NCBI GenBank assembly: GCA_951406725.2
Contig: OX597820.1
Coordinates: 63,054,001-63,118,000, forward strand
Reading direction: 5' to 3'
Source of the DNA: Octopus vulgaris
Lineage: Eukaryota
Length of the DNA stretch: 64,000 nucleotides
Part shown: in pieces, positions 13,607-28,219 of the stretch
Layout: each line of letters starts with the position of its first letter
Position numbering within the stretch: position 1 is the first letter of the stretch
Program-made: the position numbers and the translations under genes
The notes under the pieces: generated by a model
Database searches by the model: none
The model's input: only the letters and a program-made list of their open reading frames with translations
Told to the model about the DNA's origin: nothing

Positions 13607-15494
13607 GGAAAAAAAGTATTAAAAACCGCATTATTTAATTTCAAGCACCTGTTTTTCGATTGCAAATTCATAGCTTTTGAAGTGGGATGAGATGTTGCAG
13701 TCACGAGTCCAAGAGAGTCTTCGCTTCGTATCAATATTGCTGACTGCAAGACTTCGGTAAACAGACCAATGCAATTTTTATCATGGTATGCTGAGTTTCG
13801 TATATATGAGACATTTATGTAGCACCGATACATAAATGTATAATGTCAAAAGTATCATAAACGCTGCATCCCATGCCAACATTCTGTTGCAGGTTATAAC
13901 AATACCACAGTTTTCGGTAAATTATTAATCATGCGTTGCCCCTGTCTCTTGGCGCTGGCTGTCGTAGTAAACCCCACACATACAGGCACATCGCACACAC
14001 GTATGTTGCATCAAGATTCCGTTCTGCCCCTGTGCCAATGCACATTTCCCTCACTCCTTAGAACATCGATTGCCTTCGGAATACTCTCTTGCTTCATGCC
14101 GACGCTGACCAGCAACATTTGAAACGGAACATAAGTGGCTTGAAGCTCACAAGCCTTGGAGAGCCTCCAAAAGTCTTAAGCACACAACATTATATGGAAC
14201 TTAGCAAATATATGAACAACAAAAGAACAATATTAATGTCTCGAATGGTAACTCATTAAATGTCGAGTTATTGGTGTTACACTATTTTGTCAATCATCTA
14301 TGTTCTAAGTTTTAATATCCATAACTTTGACTTATGATGCCATAGCTCCAGGAACCGTAATATTCTGATGTAGATTTATAAAATCTGAAGAAAAAAATAT
14401 TTGTATATATTTGAGATTTATACGAAATATACTAAATATCTAGTACGGTTATTGCACAGTTAATGTTGATTTAGCTACTTGATTTTAAAAAGAAAAACAA
14501 GAACAAAAGCAAAGATATGAATATTTTTTCATTCCTACCTGTGTAAAATATCTAATTCTACATTTAGATACATCACTACTTCAAACTTTTCAGGTGCAGA
14601 GATAGGAAAGACTCCACCCCACTGCCCTGTTATATCTGTATACCATATGTCAACCCGAAGGGTTTCTCCAATATCGAATGGGTTTTTATTGAAATAGCCC
14701 CTCCGTAAAAATCTTGACCTAGCAACCGCCAGCTGTATCAACATGACAGACACATACTCCGCCGACCTATAGAATCCACCAACAAGACTAATAAACGAAC
14801 ATAGTATTGCTCTGTCAAGGAATTTCAAACCACAAGCAACCGAAAATCCAGATATACCACCTTAAGATTTCATACTCTATAAAACAAAGCACATCACTTA
14901 ACCACACACATCCGTTTAGAATACACCCCCATCCATGCTGACAGTTCAACCTAATGTACCAAAGTTAATCCTTCACCCCTAATCTGGTTAATCTTACGGA
15001 AAGTCCGTCAGCACTATTTTAGTCCACCGCTAACCAGAGAAAACAGGCATTTTGCCATGTTTAGCACAAAATGCATCGAACATATATCGAGAAATAAACA
15101 ATATCATCCGCTCCAGACATAATGGTGGCAGGCTGCCCACTACATCATGTCTGACTATGTGAAACTGGGGAGAAGATTAGCACATTACATAACACCATAT
15201 GATCTGAGTTGACCAATTCAGGCCTCACGCGTTGAAAACATTATGAATCTATCCCATTCACTGTTACTTTATCTCCATATGTCTGACATTCAGTAAGAGT
15301 ATTCTGACATGCAGTAAGAGTACTCTAGAGTAAAGAATATTTGCCAACATATTATTATTATTTAGCCTCAAGAAACATCGTCCTCAACTGGCTATCGACA
15401 CACTATCTGCGTCATTATATTTTCGAACTAGGAATCTTAGTGACCCAACACAGCTCAGAGCAATATTTGTGTACCAATGATTTCTGAGTTATTT

Positions 15495-15707
15495 TCCTTC
15501 GTTAGCAGGAAATGAACTTTCTTATCTTCCATTTTAAAGGGTTGCACAGGTTATATGCACATACATCTTCTTCCAAGAAAAGATAGCTTAAACTGTGCTC
15601 TAAATGGAGTTGTATTGAAATCGTATTTTATGGACTCAACCATTTTCTAAAATAAGTCGAAAGGTAAGCTACTATAAATCGGCACGAACTTTCCGGACAA
15701 ACCAATA
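15495..15707 (-). mobile_element. 5' end of another mariner (TIR plus transposase start)
   Basis: Minus strand begins tattggtttgtccggaaagttcgtgccg (mariner-type TIR after TA) and reaches ATGGAAGATAAGAAAGTTCATTTC (MEDKKVHF), then breaks off. Confidence 0.7.
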
Positions 15708-16599
15708 TTTATGAGATCAGTGAGTGTGTTACTTTGAAAAGCATATATTTCGAACACGAATTTTATGGCACCAAATACTGTTCTGTAATATTAAAGATAC
15801 AACCAGGCAGCTGCCATGCGATCGCACAAAACGCTCTAACTTGCAATCAATCATCTCTCAAATTGCACAGCTATTACACACTGACTTATTTTAATCATCC
15901 GATCTAAAAATGGGCCTCGCCCTTGTCAGGCACTTGCCCTCAAAGACCTCACAAAATCATTAGTTGTCAGGGTATTTAAATCACGAATTTTCTTTCTGGG
16001 TAGGCATAAAAATAGATACGAATGAGTACTTTTCTATTTCCATGTGTTTGAGAAATGCTCTTCAGAATTAATGTACACATATCTCATGTTGCAAGACCAA
16101 TATTTTTTTGGATGCAGTAGATTTAAATTATCATCATTCGATGAGAAAACGATGAGATGATCAAGGCTGGAAGTATTTTGATCTACAATTTACCCAGGCA
16201 GAATTACGCTATGAATTAAAGGAAGAGAAAAGAAAGAAAAAATTTTTAAAACACTAACAATATCACTAATATATTTGTGATATAAAGTGAACACGAAACC
16301 GGCGAATCGGTGCAGGTTTCTTGGTTCAGACACTGAAATATCATTAGACATTTTTTTTGCTAATCTATCAATGTCATACACGAAGAAAACTTATAGTTTC
16401 AACAGTGAAAACTTTTTTCCTGAGAAAGAAGTTAGGCTGGGCGATTTTTACATCGTGTACATGCATCATTGTCATAATTCTCATTTCAGCAAAATGGACT
16501 AATTATTATTTGCAATTCCCCCATGCGGCGTTCAACCATCTATGAAAAACAGCGCTTACATACGTGCACATACGCGTAGACACCAATTTACAAACCATC

Positions 16600-16626
16600 A
16601 CATATATTATATATATATATACACGG

Positions 16627-16674
<48 letters not shown>

Positions 16675-16767
16675 GTATATATATACATATATATATGTAT
16701 ATATGCATATATACATACATATATATATATGCATATGTATGTATATATGTATATGCATATATATATA

Positions 16768-16807
<40 letters not shown>

Positions 16808-16829
16808 GGTACGAATGTATGTATTTATG

Positions 16830-16872
<43 letters not shown>

Positions 16873-16916
16873 TTGTGTGTGCGTGCCTGTATATATATAT
16901 ATATATACACACACAC

Positions 16917-16955
<39 letters not shown>

Positions 16956-17180
16956 GTGTGTTTATGTGTGCTTCTACATATAAATATATATACACATATA
17001 TACATACATATAAACCTATATGTATGCATATATGTATGTGTATATATACAAACATACATAGATGCATACATATATTCATTCAGACATAGCTACATAGAAA
17101 CATAGACATATAAACGTATACATACATACCCACGTACATACATATATACATGGACAAACATAAATACTAACATATATATA
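16600..17180. repeat. Representative degenerate (AT)n/(GT)n/(ATAC)n microsatellite field (similar fields at about 750-1120, 1835-2500, 17590-18200, 25670-25925, 35310-35880, 50375-50720, 51660-51840, 59830-59945, 63832-63960)
   Basis: Direct reading. Confidence 0.97.
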
Positions 17181-17757
17181 CGTATATCGAGTCGTCTAAG
17201 TAAGAATATCAATCATATCCATAAAGTGTAACAACACATTTCTAAAGTGATATAACACACACACTGAATAAACAAATACAGACATTCCAGGCAAACGTTT
17301 GGTTTGAATGAAAGAAATGCCGTGAGCTAAAAGGCTGGTTTAGATTCTGCTCCCAAATTTCTCATTCCTATTCCCTATATGCTCACCCTCTCTCCTTCTG
17401 TCTCTTTCTCTCTCTTTCTCTGTCTCTATCTCTTCTCTCTCTCTCTTTCTCCCTCAGTCTCTCTCTCTTTCTCCCTTTCTCTCTCGCTCTGTCATCCGTA
17501 TTCTTTCTTCATCTCATTGGCTATATATATGAACACACACATCTATCCACATCTAGGTAAATGCAATATACATACGTTAACACGTATTTCTCTGTGAAGA
17601 TGCGTTGTTTATATATATATATATGTGTGTGCGTATGTGTAAGTATGTATGTATGTATGTATATGTTGCTAACTACGCACATTTATATGCATCTATTTAT
17701 ATACATATATCACATTTATGCATGTATGTATGTGAATAGAGATGATATATATTTGCA

Positions 17758-17821
<64 letters not shown>

Positions 17822-17907
17822 CGTATACATACATGTGTGTGTGTGTTTGTATTTCTGTATCAATTGAAAAACAATGGCGTATTCAAGCGGATTGTTGAAA
17901 TTCTGGA

Positions 17908-17947
<40 letters not shown>

Positions 17948-18601
17948 CTGTGTGTGCATATATATATGTATATATATATATATATATATAAATATATATA
18001 TATATAGATATATAGATAAATGAATATATAGAAATGTAGCTAGATAGATACTTACACACACATACATATATACACACAACTAAACTCTACCCTCTCACAC
18101 ACATATATAGATGTATATATGTATGTATTTATGTGTGTAAACATGTGTTCGGATAGAGAAATAGAAAGTAAGAGAGAGAGAGAGAGAGTGAGAGAGAGAG
18201 AGAAAGAGATAGGGAGGGAGTGAGAGACAATGAGGAAATTTATTTGGGTGAGAAAGAAGACAGAGAATAGACTTCTTCATGAGTATGCGAGCTGATACCT
18301 AGAAACTAGATCTGCGTTTTGAGAGATTCTGGCTGTTCTCAAAGCAATAACACATGTCAGACACAAGAAAACAGATAGAAACTTTGACCCCAGAGAATGA
18401 TGCTAGAACACTTTGTTTATAGAATGATATTATATCGTTACACATTTCTTTCTTATGTTTTGTAATACCAAGCACAACATGTATGGAAGGCAAGACCGGA
18501 CATAATCTTAAACAGTGTATGTGCGTATACAATATTACGATAAACTGTCGTATGCCCAAATTTGGCTAAATGCAGTTCTTCCAATATTTATTTCGGCTTA
18601 A

Positions 18602-19004
18602 GGCGGCGAGCTGGCAGAGACGTTAGCGCGCTGGGCGAAATGCTTAGCGGTATTTCCTCTGCCGCTACGTTCTGAGTTCAAGTTCCGCCGAGGTCGACTT
18701 TGCCTTTCATCCTTTCGGGGCCGATTAAATAAGTATCAGTTATGCACTGGGGTTCATATAATCGACTTAATCCGTTTGTCTGTCCTTGTTTGTCCCTTCT
18801 GTGTTTAGCCCCTTGTGGGTAGTAAAGAAATAGGTATTTTGTCTGTCTTTATGTTCTGAGTTCAAATTCCACCGAGGTCGACTTTGCCTTTCATCCTTTC
18901 GGGGTCGATAAATTAAGTACCAATTGTGTACTGGGGTCGATCTAAACAACTGTCACCCCTGCCCCCAATTTTCGGGATTTGTGCCTAGAGTAGAAGAGAA
19001 TATT
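18602..19004 (+). mobile_element. tRNA-derived SINE family A, full-length, with internally duplicated body
   Basis: ggcggcgagctggcaga...gagttcaa(a/g)ttcc (B-box-like); the body of about 110 bp occurs twice; homologous to other copies in the window. Confidence 0.9.
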
Positions 19005-19710
19005 TAGTTTTGCTTGCAATAGCCTGTACTTTTGGTCAAACTATCGTATCTCCAGCTGCCTCGGAGGCTCAGTTATCAAAAATTATCAAATAAAAGTGTA
19101 GTACAACGGTTTTCCTAAGGGAAAGTGAAACTATATTTTTCGTTTTCTGAATAAGTAATGTTTTGAACTTACGACACTTCTGCATAATAGAAACGATATG
19201 CAGACTTACATCTATGAATTACAAATACATATGCATGTAAACATATATGCATTCTAATGTATATGCACACACGCACGCACGCGCACATGCGCGCACACAC
19301 ACGCGCACACACATACATATGTATAAAAGTGTATGCATATACATATGGACATATACGGATATATATCTAATATATATACTTCTTCCTTTTCCTTCGTTCT
19401 GATTTTCTATCTGTCCTCATATCTGCAGGCTTACAGGCCATTTTCATTTTATATTGCGTTACCCGATATATAACTTTCTTTCGGCCGCATGATTTTGTTT
19501 GTTGTATTTATATATCTCATTCTGTTGTGTCGTTTCTCCTAAATTTTCTCTGCGTTCGTTAGATATTCCACTGGCACCTCCAAGACTAAGCGATACCAAC
19601 GTTAAAGGCGCAAAATTGTAACAAATATTTGGCCGTTAACTGATGAGGAATTAGCTACGACTTTTGCGTTTGTTATATTGTTGTAGAGTTTGCCGTTTGT
19701 TGTGCTTTTG

Positions 19711-19780
<70 letters not shown>

Positions 19781-19816
19781 GTTAAACAGGACGTCAAACA
19801 TTAAGGCAAGGCATAT

Positions 19817-19856
<40 letters not shown>

Positions 19857-19903
19857 GCCTTGCCTTAATATTTGACGTCCTGTTTAACTATTATTTATAT
19901 ATA

Positions 19904-20286
19904 TCTCTCTATATATAAACGGCAGTTTGTCTGTGCGTTTTCTGTGTGTCTGTTTTCTCGTACCCTCACTCTGACCACGGCTTTCAACCGATTCTGATGA
20001 AACTTGACACACACATAGCCCAATGTCATAATTCAAAACTAACGCAGCGAAAACTTTGAAAAGTTCCCCCAGTTCTGAAAAAATCGATAAATTCGACATG
20101 GGGTCGAGAATCAGAAACCCAAACCACAGACCGTCTAGGGGACGCAACTCCACCTTTTTTAACTCTCAAAAAAAATTTACCAGCATTTTTTTCCCGTTTT
20201 TTTGCTATTTTTTGGCTATAACTCTCTAAAAATGCTTTATAGTTATTTCCCTTACAAACCTGAGCAACGCCGGGCGATACTGCTAG
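19904..20286 (+). mobile_element. Non-autonomous Helitron
   Basis: Starts TC (tctctctatatataaa), ends CTAG preceded by the GC-rich hairpin cctgagcaacgccggg, inserted between A and T with no TSD; internal aaccgattctgatgaaacttgacacacac resembles other animal non-autonomous Helitrons. Confidence 0.85.
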
Positions 20287-20356
20287 TATATATATATATA
20301 AATTAACAAAAGCACAACAAGCGGCAAACTCTACAACAATATAACAAACGCAAAAT

Positions 20357-20406
<50 letters not shown>

Positions 20407-21901
20407 CAGAAAGTGAGAAAGAGACAGATACTCCTAAGTTCACTGTTCGACCGTGTTGAGGTTTTCGAAAGTGCTAGTATAGTATGTCGGAGAGTTGTCA
20501 AACGCTGCTATTATTTCGTGAGGACGGCCGTGTTTGTAAAGTATATTCTAAATTTATCAGATGTATAGAAACTATTGTCTGGCAGAAGGATATCAGGTAC
20601 AAGATTAATTTGATGAGGAGAAGGCAGTTCAGTAATCGAAACGTGTAGAATATGCATGTGTTCAGATGATACCATCTATAATGAGGATACAATGCTCACT
20701 ACATTATCCAATTAAGTATCATGTTTGTAAACCCTGATGGGTAGGATTGGCTGACCAATCCAGCGTGCCAATTGCACATCATGTGCGATTATTGTTGTTG
20801 TTGTTGAAGGTATGGTTGTGTTGCAGAATCTCTTTCTTTTTAATAAATATGAACCTGTGAAAACATCATACAATCGTTAAGGTAAAGGTAACATTATAGA
20901 GTAAGCAATAACTTTTCCACATATTTGCCAGTTAGTTTGGAGTACTTGTTTATTTTTGTCTGTTTGGAGTCATTAATTTTTCTTGATAGGTATCAATCAT
21001 AAAGCAGCTTCTATTCTATAATTCAAATTTATTCTCCTTATGCTGCGCAACTGGATACCAGCAACTAGATTATATACTATTTGTATATAGCTCAGACTAG
21101 CGGATTCGATTTTGTTTCCGAAGAGAGACCGATGCACGACATTCATAGGTAGAAAATAGAACGATCTACGTATCTGCCGCTCTTGTGCATAATTTCGCAT
21201 GTACTCGTTCTGAAGTATATAGGTTTTTCTAACACAATATGTCAGTTAATCGACAATTACGGAACAAAAACTCAGTTCTGGCGTTTTAATAGCACAGATA
21301 CGTTTATTATGTTGTAATTGATAATGTATACATGCGTACACACATAGATACACTTATATATGACTTAGTAATTCGGCAAAAGACAGTCCGATGGAATAAG
21401 TACCAGGCTTTACAACAAAAGCGTACTGTAGTCGATACACTGTCCTAAAATTCAAAGTATGGCCCCAGCACGACCATAGTGAAACAAATACAACATAGAA
21501 GATAATACACATATGTATATAACAACATCTGTAACAACATAAGTGCAGGCATTTAGACATCCATTTACAACCAATGAATCGCAGAAAATAAATTCACAAA
21601 ATCAACACCTTTGTATGACTGGCATGTATTCAATCTAGTTTTGTCAAGGTTATCATATCGTTATGGAGTTCATGGGTGTTTCTGCATAACCAAAAAATGA
21701 ATGAAAGATAGACTTTCAAAACAGTGGAAATATATTGTAATTCTATTCTAGTGAAGGTGTTGTGGGACCGAATTCAGTACTATCGATCAACTCGTATTTA
21801 TACTGTATCTATCACCGACCAAATACCGGTCAGAATAATTCCATCCGACAAAAGTATGTTTATATACTACAAAATAATATAATATAATGCAACATAGTAT
21901 A

Positions 21902-22311
21902 GGCGCAGGGGTGGCTGTGTGGTAAGTAGCTTGCTAACCAACCACATGGTTCCGGATTCAGTCCCACTGCGTGGCATCTTGGGCAAGTGTCTTCTGCTAT
22001 AGCCTCGGGCCGACCAAAGCCTTGTGAGTGGATTTGGTAGACGGAAACTGAAAGAAGCCTGTTGTATATATGTATATATATATATGTGTTTGTGTGTTTG
22101 TGTGTCTGTGTTTGTCCCCCTAGCATTGCTTGACAACCGATGCTGGTGTGTTTACGTCCCCGTCACTTAGCGGTTCGGCAAAAGCGACCGATAGAATAAG
22201 TACTAGGCTTACAAAGAAGAATAAGTCCTGGGGTCGATTTGCTCGACTAAAAGGCGGTGCTCCAGCATGGCCGCAGTCAAATGACTGAAAAAGTAAAAGA
22301 GTAAAAAAGAG
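21902..22311 (+). mobile_element. tRNA-derived SINE family B (CORE-like), full-length, with internal microsatellite
   Basis: ggcgcagg..tggctgtgtggtaag (A box), ggattcagtccc (B box), cttgggcaagtgtctt (CORE-like), internal (TA)/(TG) tract, (aaaagagt)n tail. Confidence 0.9.
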
Positions 22312-22490
22312 TATTGTAAATTTTATAAAATACAATCACATTTATATGTGATGTATGAAAGTGTGTATATAATATAATATATGGGACAGTATGACATATG
22401 TACGCATACGCAAGCATATGTACACTTTGATCGTGAGAAGGTAAATATATATGCGAGTTTGAATGTATATGAATATATACATACATACAT

Positions 22491-22585
<95 letters not shown>

Positions 22586-22680
22586 CAAAACTTACTTGGA
22601 GGAGATGAAAAGAAACGAAAACGATTCGAATCGACGCGAGGGCGCTCAAGTCATACAATAGTGTAATAAATAAAATATAT

Positions 22681-23677
22681 GCGTGTTTCGAAGGTGCCTT
22701 CGAAACACGCTGGAGTTGAACTAGGGACAGCTGATGAAGGGATTTTTCCTTGTGTAGTTTGTCTTGTACTCTGTTTTCTTCGTTTAGGTCCGTTTCTACG
22801 TTTGTTTTTACGTTTTCGTTTCTCGTTGAGTTCTACGTCTATTTGTGGTGTCCTGTACTCACGTATATATATTTATATATGCATGTATATATACATGTAG
22901 ATGTAGGTACGTATATATATGTATGAATGTATGCATATATTTTATTTATTACACTATATATATATATACAATTTAAAAATAGGATACAATCTTTATAAGT
23001 ATTTATCAAGTAGTCAGCGTGAAAAACATCATAAGAGAAAAAAATCCGCTAATTTTTTCACATAAGTATAATTATTTATATTATATAGAGGCCATTTTTA
23101 CACATAAATGCCACATGCTAGGAGGGACGCTCAAACTCAAAACTACTAAAATTAATAAACACATCGTACCGAATGCAACTCTCGGAGAAACTCATTTAAA
23201 AACAGAATTCGTATGCAGATCACTGTGATTTCATAAACAGTGCAGTGGTGCACTCTTCACTGATCAGTACAAGCATAATTCAAGATTTATAATGAATGAA
23301 CAAAATCAACATACTAGACGAACAACCATCGTATCCAACATAGTATATAGAAATATTCACCCCGCATACATCTATATAAATGGGGGACTTTTTCGAATTG
23401 CATTTCGGTAACAACGTGTTTATTCGGAATAAAAATTCAGTACTGAATATATTCCGGTTAAATTTACAATTTAAAAATTGGATAAAATCATGGATTATAC
23501 GCGTATTGATGAGTAGAGAGTGCACCACTGCACTGATTGTGAAATCACAATGATCTGCAGCAGAATTCTCTTTTTAAATGACTTGCATATAGAGTTGCAC
23601 ACGATGTGTATATTTATTTTAGTAGTTTTGACTTTAATAGTCCCCCCAAGTGTGTGGCGTTTATGTGTAATAATGCC

Positions 23678-23722
<45 letters not shown>

Positions 23723-23985
23723 ATAAATTAATAAATAAATAAAACATATGCATATATGCATACATATATGTACGTACCTACCTCTACATGTATATATACA
23801 TGCATATATGGGTACAGGACACCAAAAAAACGTCGAACACAGTGAGAAACGAAAACATAAACACAAAACCAAGGAAATGAATATTTTTCTTAAACAACGA
23901 AAAAATAGAGTACAGGACATACAAAACAAGGAAAATTCCCCTTCTTCAGTCGCCTTTGTTTCATCTACTCCACGTTTCGAAGGTC
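22681..23985. repeat. Nested inverted repeats of putative Penelope-like terminal sequences
   Basis: Outer arms about 22695-22955 and 23728-23985, inner arms about 23088-23290 and 23485-23680, each pair diverged reverse complements; hammerhead half-boxes present. Confidence 0.7.
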
Positions 23986-24016
23986 AATATATATATATAT
24001 ATATAAATATAAATGT

Positions 24017-24530
24017 GCCCTTTTAGGACCTAATCAGGCTCATGGGCCCGGTTTCCCGGTTTCAATGGCGTATGTGTGCCCCGGCTAGACGGGACCCCAG
24101 TCCATTGCAGTGTTACTCATTTTTGCCAGCTGAGTGACCTGGAGCAAATTTTATTGAAGTGTTCTGCACAATAACACAACACATCGGCTATATATCTTAA
24201 TGGAACTCCATCCTTAATGGGGATGGAACAGCCTGCTCGTGAAAGTAATGTGCAAGTGGCTGAGAACTACACAGAGACGTGTACTGTTAACTTAGTTCTC
24301 GGGGAGATTCAACGTGACACAGAGTGTAACAAGGCTGGCCCTTTCAAATACATGTACAACAGAAACAGGAAGAAAGAGTGAGAGAAAGTTGTGGTGAAAG
24401 AGTATAGCAGGGTTCGCCACCTAACCCTGCCAGTGCCTCATGGAGCTTTAAGTGTTTTCGCTCAATAAACACTCACAACACCTGATCTGGGAATCGAAAC
24501 CGCGAGTCCGCTGCCGTTGGGCCATTGCAC
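24017..24530 (-). mobile_element. Two adjacent SINEs: partial H1+T1 (24017-24188) and H2+T2 (24225-24530)
   Basis: Segmental identity with the copies at 26438, 36281 and 56190. Confidence 0.8.
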
Positions 24531-25301
24531 TTACACACACACACACACACACACACATACACACACACACACACACACATATGTATGTATTTATATATAT
24601 ATATATGTATAGACATACGCCTCACCCGCTTTTTCACCCGCTTTTTCGTTCCTTATTTCAATGTTCTCTTAAGCGATTTAATTTATGCATTTGCTTCTCT
24701 CATGATTTAGATTTCCCTCATATCACTTTCATGAATATACAAATAGTCTCTGGTATGTTTGTTTAATACCCACTTGGTTAACTTTGATTCTGAAGGCTTA
24801 CATCCAAATGTATTGCATCCGCGATTTTCCCGCTTCAAGCTAATTTCTTGAGTCAAATCACATAAGCAGTCATTTGTTCTAATTCAGATTCCTTATTCCA
24901 GAGAAAATCGGTCACTATTACGAATCCGATTTAACAAGCAAGAGAAAGAGAATCGTATTCGTTAAGCATGCATTTATTTCAAATAGCAACCCTTTATTCT
25001 ATATTTCGATAGATAGAACAGTCCACTCTATCGAACTTGATGCTTGATTCTTATTCGTTCTATTGGCTGAAGATGATAAAATGTCATTTAGACATAATAG
25101 GGATTCAAGATCACAGCATAAGTTGACGTAATTAATGACATGTTGTAACTTTTCAACTAACTTTGGTGTTTTTTATTAATACTTTGCTGTTTAGATATAT
25201 ACGTAGGGATATTTATATGCATGTATACACCTACATACACACCCATACATTCCAACATACATGCCTATACACACACATATAAATAGATAAATATATAGAT
25301 C

Positions 25302-25357
<56 letters not shown>

Positions 25358-25396
25358 CAGGCAGTAAAGCAGAGAGAAAGAGAGAGGGAGGAAGGC

Positions 25397-25444
<48 letters not shown>

Positions 25445-26009
25445 TATTTGATATACACGGCATTTAAATGAGAGCTGCTTATAATTTCATGCAAATTTAT
25501 ATAGCGTGCCGTGTGTCACCAAGGATCAATGAGTGTGCGAATCATCGCGTTGCTACGGCAGAAAACATTAGTATTTTTTTTATTTAGATACTGTGTATAT
25601 TAAATGACATCTATCACTCACTAGATGGAGTACCTTTTTGCTCATCATACCAATAACAGAACAGCAAACTATCTACACACACACATATACATACGTGCAA
25701 ACATACACACACATAGCTACATACACTCACATACATACATACATTCATACACATACATACATTCATACACATACATACACATACATGCATACACATACAC
25801 ACACATACACACACACACACATACATAAACACGCATTCGCACATACATACATACATACATACATACATACATACATACATACATACATACATACGTACGT
25901 ATGTACATACATGCATACTTACATACACCAATTTCACATTTAGGAACAGGTTGCGCTCTGATGATAAACGATTAGTCAGATGATTCCAAGGTTCCTAGTG
26001 TTTAGCCGG

Positions 26010-26200
26010 CACATATTATTTAAACCTGTAGAGATAAAAAACCATGTCGATCCAGTTCTCATGAGTTTACTAACGAAAATATGCAGAGATACTATTAAAC
26101 AAGGGGATGCATATTTTCGAGTTGGTCAGGTCAACCTGCCAAGCACAACGCTCAGTGTCTAGGGATCACCATGAATTTGTACCTGGAAAGTCCTTTACAT
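26010..26200 (+). mobile_element. Possible decayed CR1/L2-type reverse transcriptase fragment
   Basis: KNHVDPVLMSLLTKICRDTIK and DHHEFVPGKS resemble NYRPVSLTS..CK..E.II and QHGF.PGRS. Confidence 0.4.
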
Positions 26201-26437
26201 GATACTTTTAGGAAGACCAGTAGAAGACCAGTAGTTAGCCAAATATTAGTAAGTTCCTTCCATATGTGATACCAAATTCTTTTACAGTGATCAAGGGAAG
26301 TGCTCATAGAGGTTGGTAATTTTGATGTTACGTGTGAAATTAAAAAAAAAGCATGCAAGATTCGTACGTCATACTGTTAGGCATTTTGTCCAGTGTTCTT
26401 ACAATAGCACCAATCTTTTGCCATAAAAAATAAATGA

Positions 26438-26680
26438 GCCCTTTTAAAGCCTAGCCAGGATCATGGGCCCGATTTCCCGGTTTCTATGGTGTATGTGTTC
26501 CTCAGCTGGGCGGGACGCCAGTCCATCGCAGCGTTACTCATTTTTGCCAGCTGAGTGGACTGGAGCAAACTGAAATGAAGTTTTTTGCTCAAATACACAA
26601 GCGGTCGTCCGGTCCAGGAATCGAAACTACAATCTTACGATCATGATGCTGACACCCTGACCACTAAGCCACGCGCCTCC
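26438..26680 (-). mobile_element. tRNA-derived SINE: head H1 plus tail T1 (Nin-like)
   Basis: ggaggcgcgtggcttagtgg...gtttcgattcc...ccagtccactcagctggcaaaaatgagtaacgctgcgatggactggcgtccc. Confidence 0.85.
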
Positions 26681-27500
26681 ACAATATGTTGCCATAGAGT
26701 GGAAAATCATTTCATCGACCCCTACAAAGATACAGGTAAAATCACTGACCAGGCGTTTCATCTGACTTTGCCAACTCGTCACTTTAACGACATCAGAACG
26801 AATATATGCTGTTAGTATAATGTTATTTTCTGTGTCACTCTTTATCCCCCACCTTTCTGTCCTTCCCCATTGTCTCTCTGATTATTGGAACCGATATAAT
26901 AATTATGCTTGACCACTTCGAGAGAAAGAATACATCACAAAAATACGTTTCCAGAAATCACAAATTGTTTTTCCATAACGACGTAGACCACCAGCAACGC
27001 TTGGTCTTCCTTAGTTATAAATACTATACTCAACAAATCTATAGATAAAATTCGGGTACCGGGTAGGAGATGGAAACCAGAATGATTTCTAAAATGTCAT
27101 ACGTATCCATCACAAATGTCTCCGCCTACTTCTTAGTACTCACTACACAAACTCACTGAATATTCTCCAAACGGATCCTTCTCGTCTATTAAACCGAAAT
27201 CACTGTATTACATTATAATGGTGTCTACTCCAGATGATAGTAATTCTAAACAGAATAAGAAGTTAAGTTAGTGCGCTACAGAAAACCCAGTAAATACAAT
27301 AGCATAAGGAGGCTACAATGATGGTGAAATACAGCATGTGTTGGCAATAAATTTCTCCATTCTGATCAACCATATGTAAACTGAGAACGGCAACAATGAC
27401 AACAACCACATGTATAAATGTTATTTAAATTGTATGTGTGTGCTTCTCTCTGTGTGTAAATATACACGTATTCATGAAAGTATATACACAACCGCGTTTA

Positions 27501-27543
<43 letters not shown>

Positions 27544-27892
27544 GCGTGTATAAATGCATAAACATATGTATGTATGTTTATCAGTACGCATACACATACA
27601 TACACGCACGCAAACAGATACAGAAACACACACACAGTACAGAATTGGACGGTTAGTGGAAGCAAGGAGGGATAAGGGTGAGAGGACTAGAAAGAGAACA
27701 GTCCGAGGGTTAAAAAATGAAGAGGGGCAAGAGAGAGTGAGAGGAGCTAGGGCGGGAGGTAAAATGCGGAGAGAAAGTAAGCATCTCAGCGAGTAAACTG
27801 AGTAACAAATTCTGTTTCTTTTTTTTAAGGATTGGAATGGAAGGGAGTGACTTGTAGATGAAAAATTGCAAATCTACAAAAAGATATTTTCA

Positions 27893-27954
<62 letters not shown>

Positions 27955-28185
27955 TCACCAATACCACCATCACCACCACCACCACCATCACCACCACCAT
28001 CACCACCACCACCACTGCCACCACCATCACCATCACCACCGCCGCCAAAAAGCACCACCAACATCACAAGCACCACCACCATTACTACTACTACTACTAC
28101 TACTTCAACCACCACCTCCACCACCACCACCATCACCACCACGACCAATACTACTACTACTATGTCTACTACTGCTGCTGTAGCG

Positions 28186-28219
<34 letters not shown>

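Noticed and set aside
14535-14828. 97-aa minus-strand ORF
   Set aside because: No recognisable domain; the region looks like decayed retroelement sequence that I cannot classify.
19994-20004. CTGATGA motifs here and at about 10952, 19640, 25957, 40786 and 55170
   Set aside because: No correctly placed GAAA, stem III and stem I, so they are not called hammerheads.
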